Positions 1-13,576 of a stretch of DNA of 64,000 bases are shown one piece after another; within the stretch, counting starts at the first letter, position 1; each line of letters starts with the position of its first letter. The notes under the pieces were generated by a model that was given only the letters and a program-made list of their open reading frames with translations, was not told the DNA's origin and ran no database searches. The translations under genes were made by a program, and so were the position numbers. Source of the stretch: Octopus vulgaris (Eukaryota); assembly GCA_951406725.2 (NCBI GenBank), contig OX597825.1, positions 37,944,001 through 38,008,000 on the forward strand. The letters are read 5' to 3'.

Positions 1-752
1 GTGTATATAAGTTTGTGCAATTAAACCAGAGTGTGTATTGGTACAGATATATGAATGCAAGGAGAAAAGGAATCGGAAATATATCTATACAGTGAGTTTC
101 TTAGTGCGCAAAATAAATAGGCCATCATCACGATAATGACCGAACTATGAATAGTGTTAAGTCTACCGATATATGTAAAAGGTTTGCATTACTATAAATC
201 ACCTGACCCATATCATAGCAGCCAATGGCTATATTGCACAATTACCGTCCCACCTCCATATATTTTCATTCTTTAAATTTGTACTCATATACAACTGTGG
301 TAAGGAGGACTGTTAAATATCCCACGCGATATATAAACTGAGCCAGTATAACATTTGTCGAACGTTCTTAATCGATATGGGGCAAGTAAAAATGTCGTAA
401 CTAACTTTGCATAGAATGTGCATAACTATAAACACAACACTAAAATAAGGACAATATAGAGGAGCTGTTCTCTTTACGTTGAGCAGTGCAAGCAATGAGC
501 CATGACTTAAAACTGAAATCCATATTTTGTTTGAATGAATTCAGTAAAAAATACGCATGACTTGGTAAAAAATTTAGATATATTTGATGCGGAGACAAAA
601 TAGTTTTTATCCTCCAAATTTAGTTTTGATATATAGGAGAATAGTACATAAGTAGAATAAATCAATACTTGTTTGATACTGGAGGATAAATGGACTCTCT
701 TTTTATCTATCTATCTATCTGTAAGTATGCATACACATACGTATATATGTAT

Positions 753-839
<87 letters not shown>

Positions 840-1259
840 CAACAGAATATCAAGTAGAAAGGCAGTACGTTCGTTTCAAGCGCGGCTCAATTTAATTGAA
901 CAATGCAATCATTACATCGATTTAAATGTAATGCTATCTTCAGTTGCGCAAAATAAAATAATTCTTTAACAAGTAGGACACATTAATATAATTTTTCTTA
1001 CATATTTTAACTGAGTATGAAGATGGAAGAAATGTATATATATATATAGAGAGAGAGAGAGAGACACACACACACACACACACATATACATAGACATACA
1101 AGCACACAGACACACATGAACATATCTTTGGTCAGTTATATGCATATTGCTATGTGAATTACGTTTCACGATAGATATCTTGTTATCGTACTTTTATTTT
1201 CATGTAGCTTTGCATTTTATTTTCTGGAACCGCACTAAACTAGATTTTGTGCCTATTTC

Positions 1260-2370
1260 CTCTATCCAACTCTTCGAAGCTTGGTTACGTTTCTAGAACT
1301 TGGCCTTCAGATTGCGTTTCAGTGCGAGGAAAAGTTTTCTATTTCCGAAACTAATCAGAGCTTAACTCAAATTATTAGTACTCTCTGGTGAAAACGAAAG
1401 GGAATGCATTTTTTGAGAATGTAGTTTTTGAGATTCAGAGTTTTACAGTCCCTATCAGCATTTACTTTGAAGCAGAAACCAATTAAAATTTTTTTATGTG
1501 GGAATCAGTGTCATTAGAGTTGTTGCTGTTGTTACATGTTCCATATCTATTATCCTCACAGTGTTTCACGGATAATTATTCTCTGATGTGAATTTTGCTT
1601 TCTTATGATGTTTCTTTTTTTATATTTTGTTTGACGTTTATGGTTTCATAGAAATGTTTCCTTTTGGTGTTTTGTGCGAGTATTGGTAGGTTTATTTTTG
1701 TAGTGTGAAGAATTTTTTTTTAATAGCGTATTAATATATGGAATAGTATTTTCTTCAAATGTTTTGGTATCCTCAGTTGTTAAGCTCCATCATCTTTATA
1801 ATTCCACCATATACTGATTTAAGGAGACGTTTTTGCCTTGCTTGCAAGTCTCTGAGTTCGTTGAGTCGAATTTGAGGTATTGTCATACCAGCTAGTATTC
1901 CACAGACACACAGTGTCACACTGTATGGAATATTCCTTTTGATGTGTGAAGTATGACAAGAATAAAATTTCAAGTGTTGATGTGTGTTCACATGTGTAAT
2001 AAATATCATTTGTGACTGTGGAGTCGCATTTAATACGTGAGTGTCTAAGAAAGATGCGTCATTATGACTAACTTCTGTCCAGACGTTATCAATTATTTCG
2101 AGATTATTGCGAGCGTTATCAATTATTTCGAGATTATCTGATTTTTCCCCCAAAATGAAGTAGTCATCGGAGAAGCGTTTCCACGTTTCAATAACATATT
2201 TCTTAAAATGTTGGTCTTATAGCGTTTACATATATCGTTTCTTTTAAGAAATCCCTAACCAGGTTAGTCTATGAGGATACAAATTTCGACCCCGTAGCTG
2301 GCTTTTTACTTTTCTATATATGTTACCATCACAGTTCTCTCTCCCGTTCTCTCCCGTTCTCCCCCTCTGC

Positions 2371-2448
<78 letters not shown>

Positions 2449-2790
2449 TTTCCATACACGAGAGTTTATGACAATATGTATATCTAAGCGCAAGCAACAT
2501 ACACTACAATAAACACACATAACGGCACACAGTCACACACGGAAACATGTTTATGTATAATGTTTGTTCTATTGATGCAATTCAGAAAGAGGTATTAACT
2601 GAGAACATAGACGATATCAGTCTGGTAAGTGAAACTATTCATAATATATTTCTGTAGAATTCTATTAACTGTCAAAGAGAACAATGTGGAATAATCTATT
2701 TTTCTCATTAAAGAAATAACGATACTAGCAACAAAACCAATATTGTAAACAAAAGATAGTGCGGATTTCATTCTCTCACCCAAATAAAAT
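1260..2790 (-). mobile_element. Degenerate Penelope-like retroelement (RT remnant plus linker/GIY-YIG region), interrupted by microsatellites
   Basis: Minus-strand translation gives PLE RT motifs: YTYCHKLSCMET (~YTNIPHxLGxEA), ATGSKFVSS*TNLV (~AMGTKFAPSYANL), WKRFSDDYFIL (~WKRYLDDCF), NTHQHLKFYSCHTSHIKRNIPYS, RLNELRDL, then KRQ..KAKF. Many stops and frameshifts; internal 30-bp duplication at ~2085-2137. Confidence 0.75.
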
Positions 2791-3334
2791 TATTTTGGTT
2801 ATTTCTTGTTTTCCATGAATGAATTTAATATGAATTGATATATTTTAGCAATACCTTAATTTTGTTACTTAAGAACTACATTTCAAGAAAGTTGATGACT
2901 TCTCTATTTGTTTATGTGTGTACTCTTCTTAAAATCTCTCGCCTCCTTACTGATCCTTGTTTTCGGCTCCAGCTTCATTAAAACTACAGTACAGTTTATT
3001 GCTTTGATACAATTTCTTTAAGTATATCAATATACAACACACATTTAACAAATGAAGCGAAAATAAGAAGGCACAGTAGCAATTAAGCATTTATTACGTT
3101 GAAACATTTCCTACGTCACTCTAACGTTCAAATTATGCAATAGCTATACGTATACTGTTAACTATAATATATTTTAAATCCATATATGTGCATCGTCTTT
3201 GTCTTGGTTTTGATTGTGTTGTTGTTTGTAATAGAATTGTAATAGAATTGCAGCTCTAAGGATTTATAAATATCTAACATCGAAGTGATGAAATTCAGAA
3301 AATGCATTCAGATTTTTACATAAAATAAGACGAG

Positions 3335-3556
3335 TTACTCTTTTACTCTTTTACTTGTTTCAGTCATTTGACTGCGGCCATGCTGAAGCAGCGCCTTTAA
3401 TCGTGCAACTCGACCCCGGGACTTATTCTTTTGTAAGCCCAGTACTTATTCTATCGGTCTCTTTTACCGAATCGCTAAGTAACGGGGACATAAACACACC
3501 AGCATCGGTTGTCAAGAACTGCTAGGGGGACAAACACAGACACACAAACACACACA

Positions 3557-3592
<36 letters not shown>

Positions 3593-3760
3593 CATATATA
3601 CGACGGGCTTCTTTCAGTTTCCGTCTACCAAATCCACTCACAAGGCTTTGGTCGGCCCGAGGCTATAGAAGACACTTGGCCAAGGTGCCACGCAGTGGGA
3701 CTGAACCCCGAACCATGTGGTTGGTAAACAAGCTACTTACCACACAGCCAATCCTGAGCC
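3335..3760 (-). mobile_element. tRNA-derived SINE, family A (CORE-like, Octopus OR-type), near full length
   Basis: Minus strand has A box TGGCTGTGTGG, B box GGTTCAGTCCC, CORE-like GTGGCACCTTGGCCAAGTGTCTT, internal (TA)/(TG) tract and 3' tail CAGCATGGCCGCAGTCAAATGACTGAAACAA(GTAAAAGA)n; further copies occur in the window. Confidence 0.9.
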
Positions 3761-5229
3761 TATAAATCTATGATTTACATTCCAACTGAAATCAAATTTA
3801 ATTTTTGTCTTTTCTCTTTTTTTATTTATAAACTAGAATGGAACAGTAATACGATTAAATGGTTGTGTGAGCATCTGCAAAATAATACCTGTTTAAAAAT
3901 GTCAAAATATATTTAATGCTCAGTACAATCTTTAGAGTAGAAAACTTGGAATGCATCAAATTCAAAAGAATCCTAATTCTATGTTTAGCTATGCTTCAAA
4001 TACTAGTTTTAAAATGTTTCACCAATATTCAATCTATTAATCTGTTACGCCTCCAGGTTGTTAGCAATGCGTGTTAAAATATTTCGAGGAGGTCTAATCG
4101 TTAAGATATTTCGCGGAAATATGTCTACTAATATTATGAAAATTACATATAATCCTGAGCGTCTTCCAAATATAAAAATAAAAGTTTTTGAATAGTCACA
4201 AAAATTTATATGAATATTTAGATGCATACTGCCCCTAATATTGAAATATTGGAAGTACCCTGGCTTCAAAAAATAGCCATGTTTATTATTGTTGATGTAA
4301 AATATAAATAATCAATGGAAGTCATCATGTCTCAGTCGAAACACAACGTAAAATTTAATTAGAGCCCTAATGGGTTGGCGTTTGTTCTACAAAGAAAAAA
4401 CTAGCATTGCTTAAGCTCTTGGTGTGTGTGCATGTGTGTGTTTGTGTATGTGGGTGTATGTGAGTGTATGTGCGTGTGAGTTTTAGCGTGTGTGAGTGAG
4501 TGTCTGTATGAAGATTTATATCCAAATATGTAAGTAATTAATATTATTATTATTGTTCTGGTTGCCGTTTTGGTGCTGCTGCTGTTATTGTTGTCATTAT
4601 TATTTCATATTTCTTCAACAGATTAAACTTTTGGAAAGTAATCATAGAAGTCAAGAACCCTCTTAAGTATTGTTATTATTAATATTACTACTACTATGTT
4701 TGCAAATGATGTTTAGAGGGTATGAGGCCGGATGATAGAAGAATAGGGGTGGAAAAGGGTCCGAAAATGCACACACATATTTCCAACTCTCTGGCTGATA
4801 CTGACTTCATTTTCCAAATATCTCAATGTTAACATGAACAAAGTGTATCCTGTCATACAGATCGTATCCAGAGAGCATGTTCTGCAAGCTACTAGACAAT
4901 AAGAGCATAGGTTCTCCATATTTAAACATTTTTCGCTACATGGACCAAATATTTGTGATCTGTAGGGTAGACTAGTAATACCTCGTAAACTGCTAACCGG
5001 TTACTGGGAGCTGGAGGTTACGCTCCCGGTCCGTCAAGGTTAGCTAAACTGGAATAGAGAATTAATTAGTTAAGCAGACATTGACGGCAACATTTGGCAA
5101 TAACAAATGGTATTTTACCTTGGAAAAAGGCCGACTACTATTGAATCTATAATGTTAAGAAAAGTCGTACTTGCAAAGAGAGGACATTTAGTTCGAAACT
5201 CAGAGGAAGTGCTTACGAAAGTAGAGTCA

Positions 5230-5825
5230 CCAACATATCACAACAACATTTTAGAAATAAATTGCATGCTCTAAAACGCTAGTGGAGGAAGTGCTTAGGG
5301 ACCCTGTGGAAGAGGCACAACATGGGGCAAAGTCGCAGTTCAGTCTTTGGATAAACATAATGGACTCATATATCCGACTGCATATGCGTACGGTTTTTCA
5401 ACATCCTATTGTTTAATGTCCAGTGGCTAGGACGGAAAAGACATTATGAACGCCCCTGAAAGAACTGAAAGGAGTTTTCATTTTGAGCAAGCGCTCACTG
5501 ATTTTTTTTCTTTTTACACTTGGAAAGGAAAGTGAGGAGGGGGAAGAGAGAAGTGCTTATTCCCAGTAATTCTACAGAAGCGTGAGTGAACAGAGCGGGG
5601 ACGGCTCGTGTGAGAACTCTAATCATACGCCTGAAGGCTGAAAGGTACGGACCAAACAGAGAAGCATTAAGTTTAGTATACTTGGTGAGCAGTAAGGTGC
5701 ACAATCTGCGGGCTTCCTCTGACAGCCCCTGGGCGTTGTTTTCTCTCATAAGGTGAACTTTTGGGGGTTATAATTCTCCTGTTATTTTTTATTGTTTTAT
5801 TGTAAACATGTGTTAAATAAATCCT
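5230..5825 (+). mobile_element. 3' remnant of an L1/Tx1-like LINE
   Basis: Reads FFLHLERKVRR-REVL..EA*VNRAGTARV, resembling Tx1-type ORF2 C-termini; followed by a T-rich UTR with AATAAA. Confidence 0.5.
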
Positions 5826-6610
5826 TAGTATTTTAGTTGTTGTTCTTGCTCTTGTTCTTGTTCTTCTTCTTCTTGTTTTTCTTGTTGTTGTTATTGTTTC
5901 TATTGCTGTTGTTCTTCTTTTTCTTCTAGTTTGTTACTGAAATTTCTCAGACAGGCCCACATCGGATAAAACAGAGGGTAAAATAAACATTATTCGAGTT
6001 TTTCAACTACGTATTGTGTAAATATGTTGTGTATTTTACTAATGTAGCAGTTCAAATGTTTTTCATCTATTTTAGAGAATTGTAATGAGTTTGCAGTGTA
6101 AAAATTTAGAAACTTCACATCGCGCTAACCCTTACTCCAAGTGAGATTCCACATGTTATTGTTTTCATCTTTGACAAATTATTTATCCTCTTCGAGTTTC
6201 AACATTGAAATATAAAATTTTTATTCATATCACCCAAAGTTTCTAAATTCTTATAGCGTAAATATTACATAAGTTTTGAAAAAGATGTTTTGTAAGTAAG
6301 TTACTCCTTATGGAATAACATCACTTCTGTTATTTCTTGGTTTAATAATATTATTCATAAGCATATTTACAAATATAATCAAGTTACATTATCGAATTAT
6401 ATCCTCACATAATTTAGTCTTGGCTGCAAAAAAAAAAAAAGGAAAAAGTAAAAGAAGAAAGAAGAAAACTAATTTTCACCAAGAATTAAATAAATATCAT
6501 TTAAATTTTTTGATGTGCGAAAATTCAGTTTAAACTCTGCTGAAATATTTGAATGCAAATTCTTTCATTTTACATTTATTTCATTTAGCGTTCATATTTG
6601 ATGTCGATTA

Positions 6611-6980
6611 TCTCTCTATATATAAACGGCAGTTTGTCTGTGTGTGTTTCTGTGTGTCTGTTAGGTTGTACCCTCACCCTGACCACGGCTTTCAACCGAT
6701 TCTGATGAAACTTGACACACACATAGCCCAATGTCATAATTCAAAACTAACGTAGCGAAAATTTTGAAAAGTTCCCCCAGTTCTGAAAAAAATCGATAAA
6801 TTCGACATGGGGTCGAGAATCAGAAACACAAACCACAGACTGTCTAGGGGACGCAACTCGACCTTTTTAACTAAAAAAAATTTACCATAATTTTTTTTCC
6901 ATTTTTTGGCTATAACTCTCTAAAAATGCTTTATAGTTATTTCCCTTACAAACCCGAGCAACGCCGGGCGATACTGCTAG
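6611..6980 (+). mobile_element. Non-autonomous Helitron
   Basis: Starts 5'-TC after A6610, has a subterminal hairpin CCCGAGCAACGCCGGG (6953-6968), ends CTAG (6980) before T6981; no TSD. Confidence 0.85.
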
Positions 6981-7375
6981 TGGGTTTATAAATACATATA
7001 TGAATTATCAAGTACTAGATAATTTCAGAAAAGAGTCAGTTATTTACGGAATAAAATCTAAATGGTCCTGCTGATACCAAATTAAAAAATGGTTAAATTA
7101 TTTAAAATTTCACATTTTACATAGGAACACAAAAATATTGTCCATATAGGAAAATAATGAGAATTTACAGTGCATCATTATTGATTTAAGTCAATGCGCA
7201 GCGATAAAATATTTTGTTACAGATATTTACATAAGTTTATCCAGTATATCATCTGATATAATCTCCGTTAAGTAAGCAGTGATTTATAAATGAATATACA
7301 TCCTCAGAGAGTTTGGTCAAAAAGGTGATCTTGAACATTTGAGCTCTTTATAAAGAATTACCGTATAAAATATAC

Positions 7376-7481
7376 CTCCCTGCTCATCCACCGTCTCGTC
7401 CTCAAAGCTGACGATATTCCCTATATCGTTTACTGATTCATAATCGGCAGCTGAATTTCGTACACGGAAGACCAGCGACAT
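7376..7481 (-). CDS. Candidate first coding exon of an unidentified gene (MSLVFRVRNSAADYESVNDIGNIVSFEDETVDEQG-G)
   Basis: Non-repetitive, CpG-rich, coding-like sequence; ATG at 7481; donors GAG|GTATAT (7376/7375, phase 1) or ACG|GTAATT (7362/7361); YY1-like AAGATGGCGGC at 7691-7701. Confidence 0.4.
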
Positions 7482-8140
7482 TGTAAATTGTGTTGTAGTG
7501 TCTCCGTTAGTATATATACATAACAACCGCTCACTATGTGCCGGCTGGCGTCTCCGTATCGACTAATTTCTGTAGTATTTGTCTCTCTCTATTAATCTCC
7601 TTTTCGCTCGACAATGACGTTCATTTGATCTAACATTCTACCGTAATTTATTGTCTATTTATATGCTTTTTGTTTCTTAATACCGTAATAAAGATGGCGG
7701 CATTAAAAAAATTATTAACTCTATTACAGCAACTCTTCCATTCTCGCCATATTTCGTCATTTCACCTATATTTCTTATCTTATTTCCTAATGGAATAGTC
7801 TGAACTCGTTTCTCACTAAGCCTATACATTTCTCACTGAGCCTATGCACTTACAAATACCGTTCTATAATTTGCCAGTCACTTCAGACATGGTTTCGCAT
7901 CACGGATCTCTCAGTTTTCCTAATATAACATTCGACTTTATCACATAATGTATATACTCATGAAACCAATCATTGATTATATGAACCAACTATAATGATA
8001 GGACGTGATTGCATCTTATATATTTATTTGTATATGTATATTCCTATGCAAATATCTATAATACTAGTATTGTTAATATGCCATTTTTCTGTACATACAT
8101 ACATATATGCATGCATACATGCATATGTACGAATACATGA

Positions 8141-8201
<61 letters not shown>

Positions 8202-8206
<5 letters not shown>

Positions 8207-8399
8207 AATGTGACCGCGTGTGTACTGTTGACGATTTTTTCCCTCCGTCTTCTCTTCTCTGGACCTTTCCTTCTCCTATGTTTCCGACGAAGAGCTCCGC
8301 TCGAAACGTTAAACCCTCATTCTTTCTTGAGCGTCCAATAATACTATATTTGTTCCACGTCCTCGCGTTGTTGTGTTTTTTGTGCTTTGTTGTTTTGAT

Positions 8400-8403
<4 letters not shown>
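8202..8403 (+). mobile_element. Short PLE pLTR-like element inserted in (TA)n, carrying a hammerhead-like motif
   Basis: ~200 bp of unique sequence flanked on both sides by (TA)n; homologous to 14487-14678 (-). Confidence 0.7.
8280..8314 (+). ncRNA. Minimal type-I hammerhead ribozyme-like motif (variant core)
   Basis: GTTT-CCGACGA-A-GAGC(TCC)GCTC-GAAA-CG-TT-AAAC: stem I GTTT/AAAC, stem II GAGC/GCTC, palindromic AACGTT in place of stem III; U4 replaced by C. Confidence 0.6.
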
Positions 8404-8445
<42 letters not shown>

Positions 8446-8460
8446 CATACATATATATAT

Positions 8461-8885
8461 CCCTGCTATCTCTCTCCTCTGCATGCTGCTATCATGTGAC
8501 CAGCGGCTAGTTCTTTTATCTTCGTTCTATTCTTCCTTTCTTACACAGGTCACTTAGCTGACCAGTCGCAAATTCTCTGTCTCTCCGTTCTCCATCCTTC
8601 AAGACATTTTTAACCGTTGCCCACTATTCTCGTTTCCTTGACACTAAGGCGGTATTTTGTTTGGCTATTCGTCCTCGTCCTCCGTCCTAATTCAAACTCT
8701 GTGTCGTTTTGATTTTGTTTGTTTGTTCTTGTCCCGGATTGTCCACAGCGTCAAGTTTTTGCTGGCCTCACCAATTGGGAAGCTCTCAGTATTATCAATA
8801 AACTGGTCGATACCTGATGAAAAACTACGAACCTTCTGTTAGTCCCCTGTTCGTTTTTAAAATGAGTATACGTTACGTCATTTGT
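8461..8885 (+). mobile_element. Probable PLE-derived insert between (TA)n tracts with a decayed hammerhead core
   Basis: Flanked by microsatellites; CCTGATGA at 8813-8820 followed by an ACTA...TAGT stem; GAAAC is missing. Confidence 0.35.
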
Positions 8886-9062
8886 TTATACATTTTCAGT
8901 TATACATACACATATACATACATATATATATATGCATATATATATATTTATACATATACGTGTGTCTGTGCGTGCGTTAAATATGTATGTATATATATAT
9001 ATATATATATATACATACAAAGATGTATACACACACGCATACATATATGCACAAAGACATAT

Positions 9063-9962
9063 ATGCAAAGTAGCATCAACATTTTCCTGGAATAGCTTTG
9101 TAGCGCACCAACAGATGGAAGTACATAGTTGCATGCGCAGTGACAGTCAGCAGTCACCTTAACGAGACACTCCGCCAAGTGGTTTTGCTGTGTTTACATC
9201 TCAAGTTTTGAAATTTGCCTTCTTGTGATCACGTGTATGCTGTAGTCTGCGATTTTGTCAATGTTAAATTTTGTGTTAAACTGGAAATGTCTGCTACACC
9301 GTGATTGAGCATGCTTCGGCAAGGTTACAACAAAGAGACAATGGGTCGTACGCAATGTTTCGAGAATTACGTTCACTTAAAAAGCGGAGAAAACTCCCTG
9401 GAAGACGATTAGCGATCTCGAAGACCTGTCACGGGTTTCACCCTCGAAATTTAGTATTGTTACATCGAGAATTCGTTCTCCAGGTACTGACAGTCAGTAT
9501 GAGTTCTACTGCAAAGTTTTGAAACGTTTGAGAGAGGACGTTTGGTGAAAGCGACCGGGTGTTAGGAGCACGAACGATTGATCCTCACGACGACAATGCA
9601 CCCTCTCATCGAGTTCTATTTACTCTTGAAGTTCCCGACAAAAACAACATTGCATTGCTACTGCATCTGTCCCATTTGCCAGATATAGCACCTGCGGACT
9701 TGAATTTCTTCCCCAAGATGAAAACGCAGCTGAAAAGCTGAGACCCAGCTCGGTTTTCCAGAGCAAATCGCAGAATGTCTTCGGCTCGCTTACGAAAACG
9801 ACTTTCAAGTCGGATTCTAAAAGTGAAAACAAGGCTGGAACAAATGTATTGCTGTGCAAGGTGACAATTTCGAAAGAGTTGATATTAAAATTTAAGTAAA
9901 TAAGTTATGTTTTATTGTTTTATTAAACATAACCAGTCTGGGAACTTTCTCATACTGCCTCG
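9063..9962 (+). mobile_element. Internally deleted mariner (Tc1/mariner) transposon remnant
   Basis: NVKFCVKL, SMLRQGYNKETMGRTQCFE, SLEDD*RSRRP, HREFV, HDDNAPSH, PDIAPADLNFFPKMK (~YSPDLAPSD), WNKCIAVQGDNFE; right end ..CATACTGCCTCG is mariner-like. Confidence 0.85.
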
Positions 9963-9978
9963 AATATATATATATATA

Positions 9979-10097
9979 TTGGCCTGCTCGCTTAGCCCGC
10001 GGGGTGGCGTCATTCGAAGGCTAAAACAATGCGAACGCATTGTGACCAGCGATATGTAACAACATCTGATGGTCTGGTCGGTCACGTGATCACGTGA
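9979..10097. repeat. Short GC-rich interspersed element in (TA)n, probably a retroelement 3' end
   Basis: Flanked by TA repeats; GTGACC...GGTCAC stem; ends in tandem CACGTGAT. Confidence 0.45.
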
Positions 10098-11539
10098 TAT
10101 ATATATGGATATATGCGTGTGTATAATCAAACACAAACACACGCACCTCGCCACTTACTCACAGAGACACGAATGTATACACAGTATATATATTTGCATC
10201 CCTGACAATCAGCATTTTCTTGTCTGGAATTCATTATTCCTACTTTCAGCTAACATGCTCATGCTAAGATATATTCAAATTGTTTTTAAACATATTTCTT
10301 AGTAAAAGGGATAAATTACATGTCCTGTAGAATTCTGTGAAAAGCTACATGTAAATTGAAATCCTTTCTCCCATTTGCATAGATGTTTAACATTTATTTG
10401 AAGATTTACCTTATAATCTACATAGTAGCGTTTTACATATAAATATTATACATATTATTTTATCGTTAGCGTTAGTCCTTGATCTGAAACGTAAATCTCA
10501 GTTTGAGACCTAACAAGTTCGTCAATATTTTAAATTCATTATATCATTTTATAGTATTCTAAATACTATCAGATACTGTCGGATTTCTTTCTATCACGTG
10601 ATATAGAATGCGAAACATAATGTCCTGCAGCGGAAATTTTGAATAGCATGGCCTTGCTTGCTTCCGTAATATTTCAGTACAACATTCTAAAAGTAAGCTA
10701 TTCTATGCGAATGTATACGTGCATGTTTAAATATATACATCAGCATTTAAACAAGCATACAAACACGCATGGGTATATATACTTGCATATACATAACACA
10801 CACATATATGAATCTTTCTCTTTCCACCTCTCTCTCATTATACACACACAAACACTATATTTCCATATGTGTGTATACGTGCGCACGTGTGTATAAAAAC
10901 TCTTATATTCGCTCATACATGTACACTTCATTCAACAACATATTTCAAAATAGAGATTTTTTGTTGTTATTTCTCTATATTTGAATGTTTTCTATGTGAT
11001 TACGTGGTATTTTATAATTCGTTATCAGCTTCGTTGTGTATTCTGTATCTTTGATTCTAGAGTTAGCGGGAACGAATTATAATTGAATTATAAGTCTAAG
11101 ATTATTTTCAGCAATTTTCACAGAAAACAAGCGGTTTTTTATTTATATATTTATTACTTTTTTTTTTGCAAATGAAATCTTCAGTTTGAGAAAACAAACA
11201 CGATAAAAATACTTTTAGATATCCACCTGGAAAGTTAACTTTTCTAGAGGAGACATTAATAACGGATTTTTCATTTCCTTTTATGGAAGTAAATATGCTA
11301 ACGTATTCTGAAGCTACTGTTTTAAAATTTTATTCCAGAAATACAAAGTGGCATACAAAGCAATTTCGGAGGAAAGTACACTTTTCCTTAAAAATTGAGG
11401 GTTGATTTCTATCTCGATATTTTTTGTATAGTCAATGTGAAAAGCAATGACAATAGTACTTTATACGTGGTTGAGCAGGGGAATAGTACTTTTGAAAGGA
11501 AGTTTCTAACCAACTGCTTACAAATGACTTGAATTCACT

Positions 11540-12750
11540 TAAGTGACATGAGTTGTTCATGTTTTACTCTGAATAGTGGAATATGTTTACCATTCCATTT
11601 GGCCACTAAAAATACTGAAAAGAAGGGGATGTAATATTGACCTGAGCTAGGTTCTAAATAAGTTTTAAAGCTAATACAACCATTTACATAATTTAAGCAT
11701 TTATGCATGGTACAAATAGCCATTATCTCATTTTTACTCTCTTTACTTATCTAGTTATTATTTCCTTACTGATCAGCGATGCTTCATCATTGTTCTCTCG
11801 ACTTACGGTTAACGTTTAGACATAGATTTACAAATGTATTCTTCAGTGCATCATCCCTGCTTAAGGAAGTGGTGAGTGTTTGGAGCAATATTTGGCTGCT
11901 ACGTTTAGGAAATATTGTGTTGCATTTGGAGTTAAGAAGTAAATTATTTTCATCCCTCCATTACCAATATATTTGTAACATAGGCTACATTTGTAACAAA
12001 TAAATAGCTACATTATATAAATGTGATTATCATATAAGATACGTGGGTTAAATTCAATTTATGTATATGAGCATCTACGGGATGGTGCCAATTTGTGTAC
12101 CTTTATTCGCTTTTCTTAAATCAAATTTTCTAATATTTTTGTTTGAGATGTCAATAGAATTTCCCCTGTCGATTCAACACATTTAGATAGAAAGCAAAGC
12201 GCATACATCCATTGTTACTACACTTACTTGCAAGTGTAAATATGTAATTTTATTCGTATTTACATTCATAACTGCATACATAAATACAATTTGACACCTA
12301 AAAACATTTAAGTCAAAACTGTATTACAGTAACACTACTTATATCTATTTTATACCTTCATCTCCTTTCTCTTCTGAAATTCATACCAGCTTTCAACAAC
12401 TCAAGCATTATGAAAATGTTCAAAGTGTGATTTACCTTGACATTATTCAAGAGAATACTGTCCTGTTTTACTTTTACTCTCAGTTCAGTAAAATTTATGA
12501 GATAGTTATTACAGTATAATTTTGTTGCATAGATGTCCATAGCGAGGTTATTACGTACCATGTTCTCTGCGCCTGTAATTCCATACAACTAGGTTATTAT
12601 GAAGGCTACAGACACAACTTGTGGTCTTGGTTTAGTTGACACTACATGCGAACGGATGTATTGCTCTGCTCATTTTACAAGTTATAACATTGTGATATCA
12701 TTAATATTGCATCTTTCTGATGCTGACCCAAACTAGCTCTTTGACAATCG
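11540..12750 (-). mobile_element. Highly degenerate RTE-like LINE RT remnant
   Basis: *FGSASERCNINDITML*LVK (~QFGFRxGRSTTDAIFxLRQL), YGITG..., ELRVKVKQDSIL (~VGVKQGxILSP), LNIFI. Confidence 0.5.
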
Positions 12751-13576
12751 GAAGCGAATTCATTTATATTTTTATGTACATAGGGTTAGCTACTGTAAAA
12801 AATGAATTCGTAAGATACCTATATCAATGAATAGTGTGTCTACATATATGTATCTATGTATATATATACACACACATGTATGTATATATATATATATATA
12901 TAGCCCTTTCTATCTATCAATCTATATCTATATATGTATATATATATACACAAACACACAGACAGACACAGACACACACACTCATACACACACACATATA
13001 TATATGTGTGTGTGTGTGTGTGTGTAATGGGGCAGTAGACACCATGTATCTTTGAGGCATCTTCATTTACCAGTTAATAAATAAATATAGCTTGCCATGT
13101 GCTAATGGACACTCTGTGATGACTTGCTGCCACACATACACATCACATTTTTATCTCAAAAACTCATTCTAGATGGAAGGTTAATCTACAAAAATAAACT
13201 TGTTCTGATAATAAATTACTCATGTGGCTGACGCTACTGGATATAGTTTACTTTAATTGAATGATAATTGTTGATGTTCTGATAATATGATTAGTAATCA
13301 GATTTTAATAAAATTAATTATTACAGCCCCAAAGCTAGAGCAGCTAGAAATTTTCTATTAAAATTTCCTGTTAAAAATGAATAGATAAATACAGAAAAAT
13401 ATAGCCGCCTGCAAGTTTTACTGCATAAATTTTTGTATAATTTCCTACTCTGTTTAAAGCTAGCAAACGAGATAAATTCCTTATTCGTTGAAGTATTTGA
13501 ATATCCAATTTCTTATTTCTTGCAACATAGAATAGGATTGGTTTATTCGCGTATGTTTCGTAAGTGCCACCTTGTG

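Noticed and set aside
203-294. Minus-strand exon candidate (CCTTACCACAG..CAG|GTGAT)
   Set aside because: Stops in all three frames to this donor, including the phase-1 frame needed to join the upstream candidates
3690-3760. tRNA-like A/B boxes (also at 57906 and 59673)
   Set aside because: SINE heads; no full cloverleaf, and they run into SINE bodies
6700-6715. CTGATGAAAC as a hammerhead core
   Set aside because: No stem II between the motifs; part of the Helitron body
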